A stretch of 64,000 nucleotides of DNA, from NCBI GenBank assembly GCA_950097015.1, contig CATNEN010000007.1, positions 10,230,001 through 10,294,000 of the forward strand, read 5' to 3'. Every line of letters begins with the position of its first letter. The first letter of the stretch is position 1. Under the pieces are notes generated by a model. That model was not told where the DNA came from. It searched no databases and was given only the letters and a program-made list of their open reading frames with translations. The translations under genes and the position numbers were made by a program. The DNA is from Macrostomum hystrix (Eukaryota > Animalia > Platyhelminthes). Below, in pieces: positions 1 to 11,387 of this stretch.

Positions 1-298
1 CAACGTGTTCGTGAACTCCCTGCACCCCGGCTTCATCCCGAGCACCGGCTTCTTCTCCGGCTGCATGCGCTGCTGCTTCATCTGCTGCTTCAGCGGCCTT
101 TGCTGCTGCTGCCGCATCACCCGCAGTCCGCAGGAGGCCGCCGGCCACATGTTCAACATCGCCACCGGCGTGCCGCCCTACGACGACACGACCGGCCTGT
201 ACTTTTACGACGGCAGGTCCAAGCAGACGTCCGAGGAGGCGTCCCTGCCGGCCAACTAGGACCGGCTGTGGGAGTGGAGCGAGGCCGTCACTGCTTGA
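1..298 (+). pseudogene. SDR paralog A, 3' end only, with an in-frame TAG at 257-259 in place of GAG (Glu); truncated allele, pseudogene or base error
   Basis: Translates as NVFVNSLHPGFIPSTGFFSGCMRCC...EASLPAN*DRLWEWSEAVTA*, with the ancestral TGA at 296-298. Nearly identical to the reverse complement of 816-1116 (paralog B), which reads ANEDRLWEWSEAVTA. The 5' part lies outside the window. Confidence 0.7.
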
Positions 299-818
299 AG
301 CCGATGGCCTAAATAACATCCAGACTTCTTCAAGTTTGCGTGTAAAATTTACATTCTTCTAATTGAATAAAGTGGAAAGCATGCGAGACACTCGCTTAGC
401 TGTTTAATTCGCAAGCTTGATCAAATCATTCTTGGCCAGTAAAATAAATTGGAAACGCATCGAAGAAGCAATGGACAATGGCTTGTCATTCTGGAGCAGG
501 CCAGTCTCAGCAAAATCGAGGCATAGCTTGGGTTCATTATTGAGTGTATGTGCAAAAAAATGTTCGAATTTGAACAAGGCAAGTGAGGCAGGTAATTGTA
601 CAGCAATGACACTTTTAAATGGCTGCATTCAAAGTCAAGGCAGATGAGTATTCAAACGGATAGTAAAAGGACAAGCTGCCAGAATTGTTAAGGCAATTTC
701 AAGCCTGCAAAAGCAGAGGGATAAACAATGCCAAGATTTGTAAATTTGCGAGGAAATATTTAAAATGACATGCCAAGCAAATTAGGACTGAAAAGCTGAG
801 GCCGACTAAAACGGAGCT

Positions 819-1825
819 TCAGGCAGTGACGGCCTCGCTCCACTCCCACAGCCGGTCCTCGTTGGCCGGCAGGGACGCCTCCTCCGAGATCTGGCTAGAC
901 AGGCCGTCGTAAAAGTACAGGCCGGTCTTGTCGTCGTAGGGCGGCACGCCGGTGGCGATGTTGAACATGTGGCCGGCGGCCTCCTGCGGACTGCGGGTGA
1001 TGCGGCAGCAGCAGCAAAGGCCGCTGAAGCAGCAGATGAAGCAGCAGCGCATGCAGCCGGAGAAGAAGCCGGTGCTCGGGATGAAGCCGGGGTGCAGGGA
1101 GTTCACGAACACGTTGGAGCCGTGGAGCAGCCGGGCCAGCTTGCGGCAGTGCAGCACATTCATGGTCTTGGAGCTCTTGTAGGCCTGGCCGCCGTTGTAA
1201 GCGCCCGGCTTCTCCATGAGCAGGTCGTCAAAGTCCAGCGGCTTCATGCCGAATCTGCTCAGGTGGATGTCCGAGCTCACGATGAGGATGCGGGCAGCTC
1301 CGTGACTGCTGGCGGTGTCCTTCAGGCGCTGCAGCAGCAGGTTGGTGAGCAGGAAGTGGCCCAGGTGGTTGGTGGCGATGGTCATTTCGTGGCCCTTGTC
1401 GTTCAAGTTGCGCTGCTTCTTTGTGAAGGCCTCAGCGTATCCCGCGTTGTTTATGAGCACATCCAGGCGGGGGAACTTGGCCAGAAACTCGCTGGCAAAT
1501 GTTCGCACGGATCCGTAGTCGCTCAGGTCCAGCTGAAAGTTTAGAAACGCGGCGCAGGGAGAGCAGCTGAGTCACTCAGAGCTGAGCGAGCGAACAAGAA
1601 CAGGACATTGGGGCTGGCGCATACCTTCATGGGCACGAAGGAGCCGAAGGTCCGCAGCGAAGCGGTCTCGCTCTCAATGCTGGCGATGGCCTGGCCGGCT
1701 CTCTCGAGACTCCGGCAGGCCATCACCACGGTGTAGCCGCTGGCTCCCAGCAGCTTCGTCACCTCCAGGCCGATGCCGGAGTTCGCTCCAGTGACAATGG
1801 CCACCCGACCTTCGTGACTGGCCAT
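819..1825 (-). CDS. Short-chain dehydrogenase/reductase, RDH11-14/WWOX-like, paralog B; exons 1825-1625 and 1532-819 (304 aa)
   Basis: TGANSGIG Rossmann motif; MACRS (basic residue after beta2, consistent with NADP(H)); NNAG; TNHLGHFLL; VSS; catalytic YKSSK. Phase-0 intron AAG|GTATG...TTTCAG|CTG. Confidence 0.93.
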
Positions 1826-2596
1826 GCTGCTGGAAAATGACGTCAACGTCCAAATCAGGTGCTGTTCGAACTTCGAGGTACACACTTAAATTGTCCTTTA
1901 GTAAAAAATAAAAACAATTCTCTATGCTTGTCAATCTTTCTAGAATCACGAAAAATGTCCTAAATCACCGAGTCTATTTTCAATTGTACTCGTACATCGG
2001 CATCCAATCATTAAAAAAGCTTACTTGTAGTTTCGGTACAAATCGATAAGATCAAATAAAGGTCAGATCGCCATAAAACATTATGTGGCGAGAAGAGAAG
2101 AACTAGTCCAGCCATCATGAATAATTGACTGAACAGGTTGGAGACCACTGGGCTTGCTGCACACAGAGCTCTGTCAGAGATGAGAACAGCGCTACGGACT
2201 CAAGGCACTTTTAGTGTGGGCAGTGTGCTCAAACCCAGCAGAGTGAGCTTACTGAAGCAGTTTTGCTAACGCAAACTTTCTCGAATGATGAAATACCAAT
2301 AAGTTGTAAAAAATGTGCACTTGAATCGGGAAGTGCAACAATTAATTAGAAGTTAACCAGTCGCCAGATTGTAATCCGCTGGAGGCAGAGAGCAATTGAA
2401 AATTATATAAAGAATAGAGAGCAACAAAAACACGACTGCAAGGCGATCTCTGGTTATAAAAATATATAAAAAGATTAACAGAAAGTACCTGATACCAATA
2501 AGACACGGCGCTAAGACCGCGAATACCAATCAGAAGCAACGCAGTTTAACAATGGGACTGTTCTTAGAGCTCTGCTAAGCCCGAACTGAGCAGTGT

Positions 2597-3646
2597 CTAC
2601 TCCGTGACGGCCTCGCTCCACTCCCAGATTCGGTCCTCGTTGGCCGGCAGGGACGCCTCCTCCGAGATCTGGCTAGACAGGCCGTCGTAAAAGTACAGGC
2701 CGGTCTTGTCGTCGTAGGGCGGCACGCCGGTGGCGATGTTGAACATGTGGCCGGCGGCCTCCTGCGGACTGCGGGTGATGCGGCAGCAGCAGCAGAGGAC
2801 GCTAAAGCAGCAGACGCAGAAGCACTGGGTGCACTTGCTGTAGTCGCGCATGATGTTCGTAGTCGGGATGAAGCCGGGGTGCAGGGAGTTCACGAACACG
2901 TTGGAGCTGTGGAGCAGCCGGGCCAGCTTGCGGCAGTGCAGGATGTTCATGGTCTTGGAGCTCTTGTAGGCCTGGCCGCCGCTGAAGGCGCCCGGCTTCT
3001 CCAGGAACAGGTCGTCAAAGTCTAGATCGCGAAAGCCGAAGCGAACCTTGTGCATGTCGGAGCTCACGATGAGGATGCGGGCAGCTCCGTGACTGCTGGC
3101 GGTGTCCTTCAGAGTTGGCAACAGCAGTTTGGTGAGCAGGAAGTGGCCCAGGTGGTTGGTGGCGATGGTCATCTCGTGGCCCTTGGCGTTCAGGCGGCGC
3201 TGCTTAATGGACACGTCCTCCGAGTAGCCGCCGTTGTTGATGAGCACGTCCAGGCGGGAGAACCTGGCCAGGAATTCCCTGGCGAACTGGCGCACCGAGT
3301 CATAGTCGCTCAGGTCCATCTGCGGTGGAATGCAGGTGGTTGACATGGGAAACTGGTGGTTGTCCAGCACTTGGGACTGGATCACGAGCGAATCCCCAAT
3401 GCGGCCTCACAAAATGACCCCAGAATGTGTCATGAAACCGCTCACCCTCATGGGCACGAAGGAGCCGCTGCTCCTCAGCGCGGTGGTCTCATTCTGCATC
3501 GCGGCCACCGCCTGATTGGCTCTGTCCAGGCTGCGGCAGGCCATCACCACGATGAAGCCGCTGCTGGCCAGCAGCTTCGTCACCTCCAGGCCGATGCCGG
3601 AGTTCGCTCCGGTGACAATGGCCACCTGATTCTCATGACTGGACAT
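2597..3646 (-). CDS. SDR paralog C; exons 3646-3446 and 3319-2597 (307 aa)
   Basis: Same motifs (TGANSGIG, NNGG, NHLGHF, VSS, YKSSK). Intron at the same position as in B: AGG|GTGAG...CCGCAG|ATG. Confidence 0.93.
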
Positions 3647-4245
3647 GACCAGCAGCTGATCTGGAATAAAGTACATTGCTGGATAATTGGGGCAAATATT
3701 CGGACTGGGTATTAAACTGGAGTTTGTCACGGCTGCATCTAAGAACAAAAAAATAACATTATGGAACTATCGATGAAAACCAGTTATAAAATACCAAATA
3801 TAAGGAGTGCGAAAACCAATTTATAAACCTTAAGATTAATGCAAAAATTATTAATAATATAGTGTTATAGTTACATGTGTACTTGAACAGCAACAGAAAG
3901 TGCCTGAGCCAAATGGATGGCTGTTGATGAAAATTGGTTGTTAATGACACAGAAACGAAAACAGCTGTAGCGAATCCAGAGGGAGGTGGCTGCAGCCCTC
4001 AATATTCTCGAAGTGGCTGTCACATCTCACAACACCTTGACCTTCCAGGCCTTCACACCGCCCACCCCGATACGAGCAGAGGCTCCAACAACTGAGAAGT
4101 CCAGATTCGCTACAGTTTTAAAAGGCCAATCAAAATCAGCGGAGATGCTTGGGTAATCATTTGAGGAGTCAGCAGCCAATGAAAAGGCAAGCCAGTGCAT
4201 AATCTCGAAAGCAAAGGCGGTGGCAAATCAGTGCCTTGAGCCGCA

Positions 4246-5243
4246 TCAGGCTGTCGCCGCCTCGCTCCAGTCCCACAGTCGGTCCTCATTGGCGGGCAGA
4301 GAGGCTTCAGCCGAGGTCTCCACAGACAAGCCGTCAGAAAAGTACAGGCCGGTCTTGTCGTCGTAGGGCGGCACGCCGGTGGCGATGTTGAACATGTGGC
4401 CGCCGGCCTCTGGCGCTGTGCGGGTGATGCGGCAGCAGCAGCAGAGGCCCCTGAAGCAGCAGATGAGAAAGCAGCGCATGCAGCCGGAGAAGAAGCCGGT
4501 GTCGGGAATGAGGCCAGGGTTGAAGGAGTTCACGAACACGCTGGAGCCCTGCAGCAGCCGGGCCAGCTTGCGGCAGTGCAGGATGTTCATGGTCTTGGAG
4601 TTCCTGTAGGCCTGGCCGCTGTTGTACGCGCCCGGCTTCTCTAGCAGCAGGTCTTCGATGTCGAACGGCTGGTAGTTTCTCGTCACGGCGTGCATTGCCG
4701 AGCTCACGATGAGGATGCGGGCAGCTCCGTGACTGCTGGCGGTGTCCTTCAGGCGCTGCAGCAGCAGGTTGGTGAGCAGGAAGTGGCCCAGGTGGTTAGT
4801 GGCGATGGTCATCTCGTGACCCTTGGCGTTCAGAATCGGCTCCTTGCTGAAGAAGCCCATCCAGCAGCCGGCATTGTTGATGAGCACATCCAGGCGGGAG
4901 AACCTGGCCAGGAACTCCCTAGCAAACTGACGCACCGAGTCATAGTCGCTCAGGTCCAACTGAAACAATTTCAGTGAGTTTAAGACTCACTTGAGTTCAG
5001 TCTGTGAGCACATAAAGAGATGTAGTCTATTGGGGTAGACCAGCTCACCCTCATGGGCACGAAGGAGCCACTGCTCCTCAGTGCGGTGGTCTCGTTCTGC
5101 ATTGCGACCACCGCCCGATTGGCTCTGTCCAGGCTGCGACAGGCCATCACCACGATGAAGCCACTGCTGGCCAGCAGCTTTGTCACCTCCAGGCCAATGC
5201 CGGAGTTCGCTCCAGTGACAATGGCCACCTTGCTTTCAGACAT
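4246..5243 (-). CDS. SDR paralog D; exons 5243-5049 and 4959-4246 (302 aa)
   Basis: TGANSGIG, NNAG, NHLGHF, VSS and YRNSK motifs. Intron AGG|GTGAG...TTTCAG|TTG at the conserved position. Confidence 0.93.
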
Positions 5244-7314
5244 TCACAGACTTGGTGGGCTGAAATTGATAGACACAAAAATATAAAATATAGCCATCAT
5301 ATGGAATCCTCGAAAAATATGTTTTAAGTGATAGAACTAAATTCGTTTTAATTTAATCCACCCTTTAATTCATCCACAAAAAAATCAAGTAAAGTAGGAA
5401 AGTAAGAAAAGTAGTACTGGTAAAGTAGGAAAGTTAAATACTTTTCTTCCTAACATTAAAAAAGTATTTTGATGTTTATAACTACTACAAAAAACTATTA
5501 AAAACTTTCCAAAAAAATCTAAAAAAAATTGTATGTCACTTTAATAAGCTAATTGTGACTTATTGTCATAACTAATGTCATAACTAATGACAAAATGTTC
5601 TAACTTAATAATTCATGTAGCGTAAACTTTAAATTATCAGAAAACTTTAATCAAGTAAATTGATCTCCTCCTTCCAACTAACATTAATTATCAATTCTTT
5701 CTAAATAAAAAAGTAGTTAAAGGGAATGTCACTAAAACTTTTAAAACTTAGATACATACTTAATTTTTCCTTATAATAATAGTTAAGCTAGCTGCCTATT
5801 TGCCCCAAATTAAACTCCTTTGACAAATTTTTTTGAAATTCAAAATTGCATAAAAACTAGCATTGAAAATAGAAAGCGACTTATGGTTTTATGTAAGGCA
5901 ATAGAAGTAAATGTAAGTAATAATAGTAGTTATAGGTCTATTATACAGATTATAATATAGAATACAAGTTGGACAAATTAATGGATATAAGCTAAAATTG
6001 GATTGTAGTTCAACAATATTAACGATAAGAATATTGCTTAAATTACATTTACATTTCAGCTATTTTTTTACATGGATCGTGAACAACATCAACTAAAGCT
6101 ATAAATGAAATGCATATATTCCCAAATCACCTTTATTTGTTCACTCACTTTGCGCGTAATGTTCTTTGAAAAGTGCAAGTTTGAAAAGTTTCACAGAAGG
6201 TTATTTTACGTATTTTACGAAATCTTTTTCGTTCTGCCACGAACTTTTCCTTGCAGATTCATATTTAAAACATGTTAGAGTTTTTATTTTGATTCAAGCT
6301 TTACGCTGGGTACGAGAACACAAGCAGGTCGCCGCGTTCGCGTTTATCCCAAATACATAATAATTAATAATAAGCGATCAGTAACCTTGTAAAATTTTAT
6401 AAACATTTCTCGGCTGGAGTATCAGGCGATTTTTTACTAGACACTTAAATCTTCTTTCACAAAGTAGGAAACCTAAAGCTTAATCTATCCTAGCCTACTG
6501 TGCTTGTTTGAGAAGATTATTCTCTATAACTTCCAAGAAGCATACGAATAACTTTTAATGCATAATTGAGCAAGCTGTACGGCACGTGGCTAGCACGCGG
6601 TGGCACGAATTCTAGCAGCGTGATGGCCTCGCTAAAGTAGTCGAGAGCGCGTTGTCGAATATGTAGGGCGCTGTACCAGATTTTGGATGCCGATTCGTTA
6701 AAATAGCCTCCTTTCTTCACGTAAAGCTTTTTAAGTGAATGCTCGAATCTTTCGACAAATTCACTACAAGGCTTTCTTGCAATTGAGATGTATATAGAGC
6801 ATGCTGCACAATACGGTCGTACATTTTTTAAACAAGACTAAACATTTTCATTGGAAATCTGAGTGTCGATAATTCCTAAGAGTATATGGTGCGCCACAGC
6901 TTGTCTTGTGGCTTTTGATTGGATCGAAGACTGTCATGCAATTAAATTGGAATTCATCTTTTAGAATCTGAAATTATTTCTAATTTTATTGTCTGCGAGT
7001 CCATGGCCGTTTCTTAAAAAGCCGTTTAACTTTGCATGCGCATGTTTTTTAAGTACTTTTAAAGTGCGCGCGGTACTGACATCACATTGCCAGAAAACGC
7101 TCAAATAGCTTAAATATTACATTGAGCTGGCTAACAGCAGCGAGTATATTTGAATCGAATTGATTAAACTATAAATTAAACTATAAAGCTGATTTGTTAA
7201 TATAAATAACTTAAACATGACAAAAGCTATATATCACACGGATAATACTTATAGTAGCTATAGCAGCGTTTGTGCGTGCAAGTTTCTGCAAGAGAGCAGG
7301 CGAACATTTCACAC

Positions 7315-10300
7315 TTAGATACTCTCAGCTTTCTTAGAATCGGATCCAGCACCAACGCCGCAGGCCTCTCCGGCCGCGTATTTGTCGATTCCGTCGATTC
7401 CCTTCATCTCGTAGAAATTCACGGAGTCGCCGCTGTTGCCATGGTTTTTGCAACGCTTCCAGATTCTGTAGATGGCAACTGTAAAGTACAGCGGCACCGG
7501 CGTGAGGATGGTGGCAGCGATGGGCACGATGCTCGCGATGTCGCCATCCGGCTTGGGCATGGAGAACAGCAGCAGCTGGATGGGGATGCCCGCATTCTGG
7601 ATGCCGCACTCCAGCGCCACGGCGGTCGACTGCGCCCGCGTCAACCGGCAGGCGAGGGTGACGAGGTAGCCGAGGATGAAGCCGAGCCAGGGGAGCATTC
7701 CGGCGAAGGGGATCACAATGGGATATTTCACTGTGGTTCGGGTTGGAATTGGGAGAAATGCCGTCAAACAGCTTTTAGTTTACTCCAATTATTATTTTTA
7801 CTGTAATGGCTAACCATCGCGAGCTCCTAACCCCATCCTCTTTCCTGATTGGTCATCAGATCCTTCCTACGCAAAGCCTTCGATTTTCTTAGCCCGGTCT
7901 CGCTCTATCCCTCTGTATGCAATTTTGTGAACAACCCTTCCTCCGTGAAACGACCCACCAACCACAGAATCACTAAACCGAAGACTCAAACAGCCCTTCC
8001 CTGAAGCAGCCCAACCCCTTAAACAGCCCAACCTCTTAAACAGCCCAACCCCTTAAACATCCCAACCCCTTAAACAGCCCAACCCCTTAAACAGCCCAAC
8101 CCCTTAAACAGCCCAACCCCTTAAACAGCCCAACCCCTTAAATAGCCCGACCCCTTAAATAGCCCGACCCTTTAAACAGCCCAACCCCCCAAACACCCAA
8201 CCCCCCCAAACAGCCCAACCCCCCAAACAGCCCAACCCCACAAAGAGCCCAACCCCTCAAACAGCCCAACCCCACAAACAGCCCAACCCCCCAAACAGCC
8301 CAACCCCACAAACAGCCCAACCCCACAAATAGCCCAATCCCACAAAGAGACCAACCCCCCCAATCAGCCCAACCCCCCCAAACAGCCCAACCCCCCAAAC
8401 AGCCCAACCCCACAAAGAGCCAAATCCCTCAAACAGCCCAACCCCCCAAATAGCCCAACCCCCCCAAACACCCAACCCCCCCCAAACAGCCCAACCCCCC
8501 AAACAGCCCAACCCCACAAAGAGCCCAACCCCCCCAAAAAAGCCTAACCCCACAAAAAGCCCAACCCCACAAAGAGCCCAGCACCCCCAAACAGCCCAAC
8601 CCCACAAACAGCCCAACCCCACAAATAGCCCAACCCCCCCAAACAGCCCAATCCCACAAAGAGCCCAACCCCCCCAAAAAAGCCTAACCCCACAAAAAGC
8701 CCAACCCCACAAAGAGCCCAGCACCCCCAAACAGCCCAACCCCACAAAGAGCCAAATCCCTCAAACAGCCCAACCCCCCAAAAAGCCCAACCCCCCCAAA
8801 CACCCAACCCACCCCCAAACAGCCCAACCCCGCAAAGAGCCCAGCACCCCCAAACAGCCCAACCCCACAAAGAGCCAAATCCCTCAAACAGCCAAACCCC
8901 CCAAAAAGCCCAACCCCCCCAAACACCCAACCCCCCTCAAACAGCCCAACCCCACAAAGAGCCCAGCACCCCCAAACAGCCCAACCCCACAAAGAGCCAA
9001 ATCCCTCAAACAGCCAAACCCCCCAAACAGCCCAACCCCACAAAGAGCCCAACCCCCCCAAAAAAGCCTAACCCCACAAAGAGCCCAACCCCCCCAAAAA
9101 AGCCTAACCCCACAAAAAGCCCAACCCCACAAAGAGCCCAGCACCCCCAAACAGCCCAACCCCACAAAGAGCCAAATCCCTCAAACAGCCCACCCCCCAA
9201 ACAGCCCAACCCCCCCAAACACCCAACCCCTCCAAACACCCAACCCCCCCAAACAGCCCAACCCCACAAAGAGCCCAACCCCTAAAACAGCCCAAACCCT
9301 CACTTAGCTCACCCAGCAGCTTGAGAAGGTACAGGTAGACGTAGGATCCCAAACCGGCCACGGTGAGGATGAAGAGCAGGGCAAGCGGTCCGATCCCCCT
9401 GGTGATTCGCTTGCCAGCTCGGGGCCACCTGTGGCGCACCAGGATGCCCAGCACCAGCGGCACAACCGACTGCAGCAGGGTGTAGGCCACCTGGTCGAAT
9501 GGGATTCGAACCTGGGTCGGGTCGATGTACAGCCGGCCGTAGGCGAACAGCCACAGGGGCATCATGACTGCGGGCGGGGCGAGTCACTCAGCAATGCGAG
9601 ATGGCCTACTCCTAGTAGACAGAGACGAGAAAAAGAGACCAAAACGGAGACAGTGACTCACAGAATGCGCAGATATTGCTGAAGAAGGTCATAGTCATGC
9701 TGAGGTCAAGGTCGCCATCCAGCAGGTAGGTCCACATGTTGCTGCCGCCGCCGCCTGGCGAGCAGCCGAACGTCAGCAGGCCGAATGCCAGTGCCTTCGG
9801 GCTGGGGAAGTCCGGGAACCTCGCTAGGGCCAGCAGCAGCAGCTGACCCACGGCCAGGCCCAACTGGGGGAGGCGCGAATCCAGTAACTTCCGTTACTAA
9901 TTAGTACTTTTTATACTATTTCGTTTCTTTTTGCAAACGTTTTTAACTAAAATTTCGTTGCTATTCCTTAAGTTGGTTACTTTTTCCCCGTTACTCTGTT
10001 GCTTCTTCGTATTGTTTTGCTACGAAAGGAATTTATTTTCTTTTGCTAACTTCTACTACTCATTTTACTTTCATTTTTTATTTCTTGAATTTCGTTACTT
10101 TTGCCAAATTTTGCCAATCCAGAATTGAAATGCAGGTTTATTACCGTCTCAAATTTTGGTCAAAGGGTAGAGTTCCAGGCTAATTCGCTACATTAACGTG
10201 GGCCTAACACCTTTGCTGCACTGTGTTGAGGTAGAAGAGCTGGTCCAGGTGACGAAAGGCAATCTTTCTCTCTAATTTTTTGCTATTTTTAACTACCGCT

Positions 10301-11261
10301 AAATTAACTGTAGCCAGAGTTTATTGACGGGGTTAGAAATCTGTAACCAATTGCAAGACAGCAGATCTGCGCACCTGCAGCGGGTTCTTCGATCCTACAG
10401 CTAACCCTGAAGTTAACCCTGCAGCTAACAGTGAATTTAACCGTGAAGTTAACCCTGAAGTAAATCTGAGGTTAACCGTGAAGTTAACCCTGAAGTAAAT
10501 CTGAGGTTAACCGTGAAGTTAACCCTGAAGTAAATCTGAGGTTAACCGTGAAGTTAACCCTGAAGTAAACCTGAGGTTAACCGTGAAGTTAACCCTGAAG
10601 TAAACCTGAGGTTAACCTTGCAGTTAACCCTGAAGTTAACCCTGAATTTAACCCTGAATTTAACCCTGAATTTGACCCTGAATTTAACCCTGAAGTTAAC
10701 CCTGAAGTTAACCAGTGAGGCATGATGAGGAACAGGGGAACAGGGCCCAGCTGCTCACGTGAGGCATGATGAGGAACAGGGGAACAGGGCCCAGCTGCTC
10801 ACGTGAGGCATGATGAGGAACTGGCAGCACCAGCCAATGCTGATGGCGACGGGCCGTTTGAGCAGCCGCAGGATGACCGGCAGCTCGATGCTGGCGCCCA
10901 TGCAGAACACGATGCCGACCACAAACACGATGAGCAGGATGCGGTAGGCCAGGTCCAGCGGCCCGGAGGGCTGCAGGATGGTCAGGTGCAGCCGGCCGGA
11001 GGCGTTGAGCTCGTCAGTGCAGGCGAGCTCCGTCCAGCCGAATTGGCGGCCGAGCAGCTCCACCGACAGCGTCCAGTTCCCGAAGCCGTCAGCTGACAAG
11101 TTGCCGATTGACCGCAGGCTTGCGATGTCCGAATCAACGACTGAGCAGTTCAGGCTGGCAGCGATTGAATCGGCGACGTAGCCGATGGTGATGTTCGTCA
11201 GCAGGGCGGAGCCGGCGTTCAGCATCAGCGGGGTCGGCTGGGAGCTGAGCTGCAGCAGCAT
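7315..11261 (-). CDS. SLC10: SLC10 (sodium/bile acid symporter, SBF) family transporter; exons ~11261(11277)-10803, 9863-9662, 9567-9313, 7730-7315
   Basis: Family motifs FCMG...KRP..I..G..CQFLIMP, CSPGGGGSNMWTYLLDGDLDLSMTMTFFS, MMPLWL, and AVALECGIQN. GT-AG junctions join in phases 0, 1, 1. There is an N-terminal extracellular extension as in SLC10A3/A5 and invertebrate members. The start codon is uncertain; the first in-frame ATG is at 11261. Confidence 0.9.
7985..9300. repeat. Degenerate ~19-20 bp C/A-rich minisatellite (AAACAGCCCAACCCC core) in the last SLC10 intron
   Basis: Visible tandem units with strong strand skew; G-runs on the transcribed (minus) strand. Confidence 0.95.
10400..10713. 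repeat. 12-bp (GAAGTTAACCCT) repeat with a ~35-bp higher-order unit in SLC10 intron 1
   Basis: Tandem GTTAAC-containing units. Confidence 0.9.
10715..10821. repeat. 44-bp tandem duplication spanning the SLC10 exon-1 end and splice donor
   Basis: GTGAGGCATGATGAGGAACAGGGGAACAGGGCCCAGCTGCTCAC at 10715 and 10759, with a partial third copy at 10803 (the exon itself). Confidence 0.92.
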
Positions 11262-11379
11262 GCTGGGCTGGGCGATTCTAAAAGTTGGCAAATTGTGCGC
11301 AAAAGCGGCCTCAATAAGCGCTGGCAGCTCGCGGGGCAGGGGAGGTGGGGTGGCGCGCTGTCTCGGTATAAGGGCCAGC

Positions 11380-11387
11380 TATTTATA
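11380..11387 (-). promoter_or_regulatory. Candidate TATA box (TATAAATA) upstream of SLC10
   Basis: Consensus TATAAATA in GC-rich context, about 120 nt upstream of the first in-frame ATG. Confidence 0.4.

Noticed and set aside
6517-6900. ~105-codon open stretch on the minus strand in the SDR-SLC10 intergenic region
   Set aside because: No in-frame ATG near its start, no recognisable domain, AT-rich codon usage and an upstream in-frame stop.
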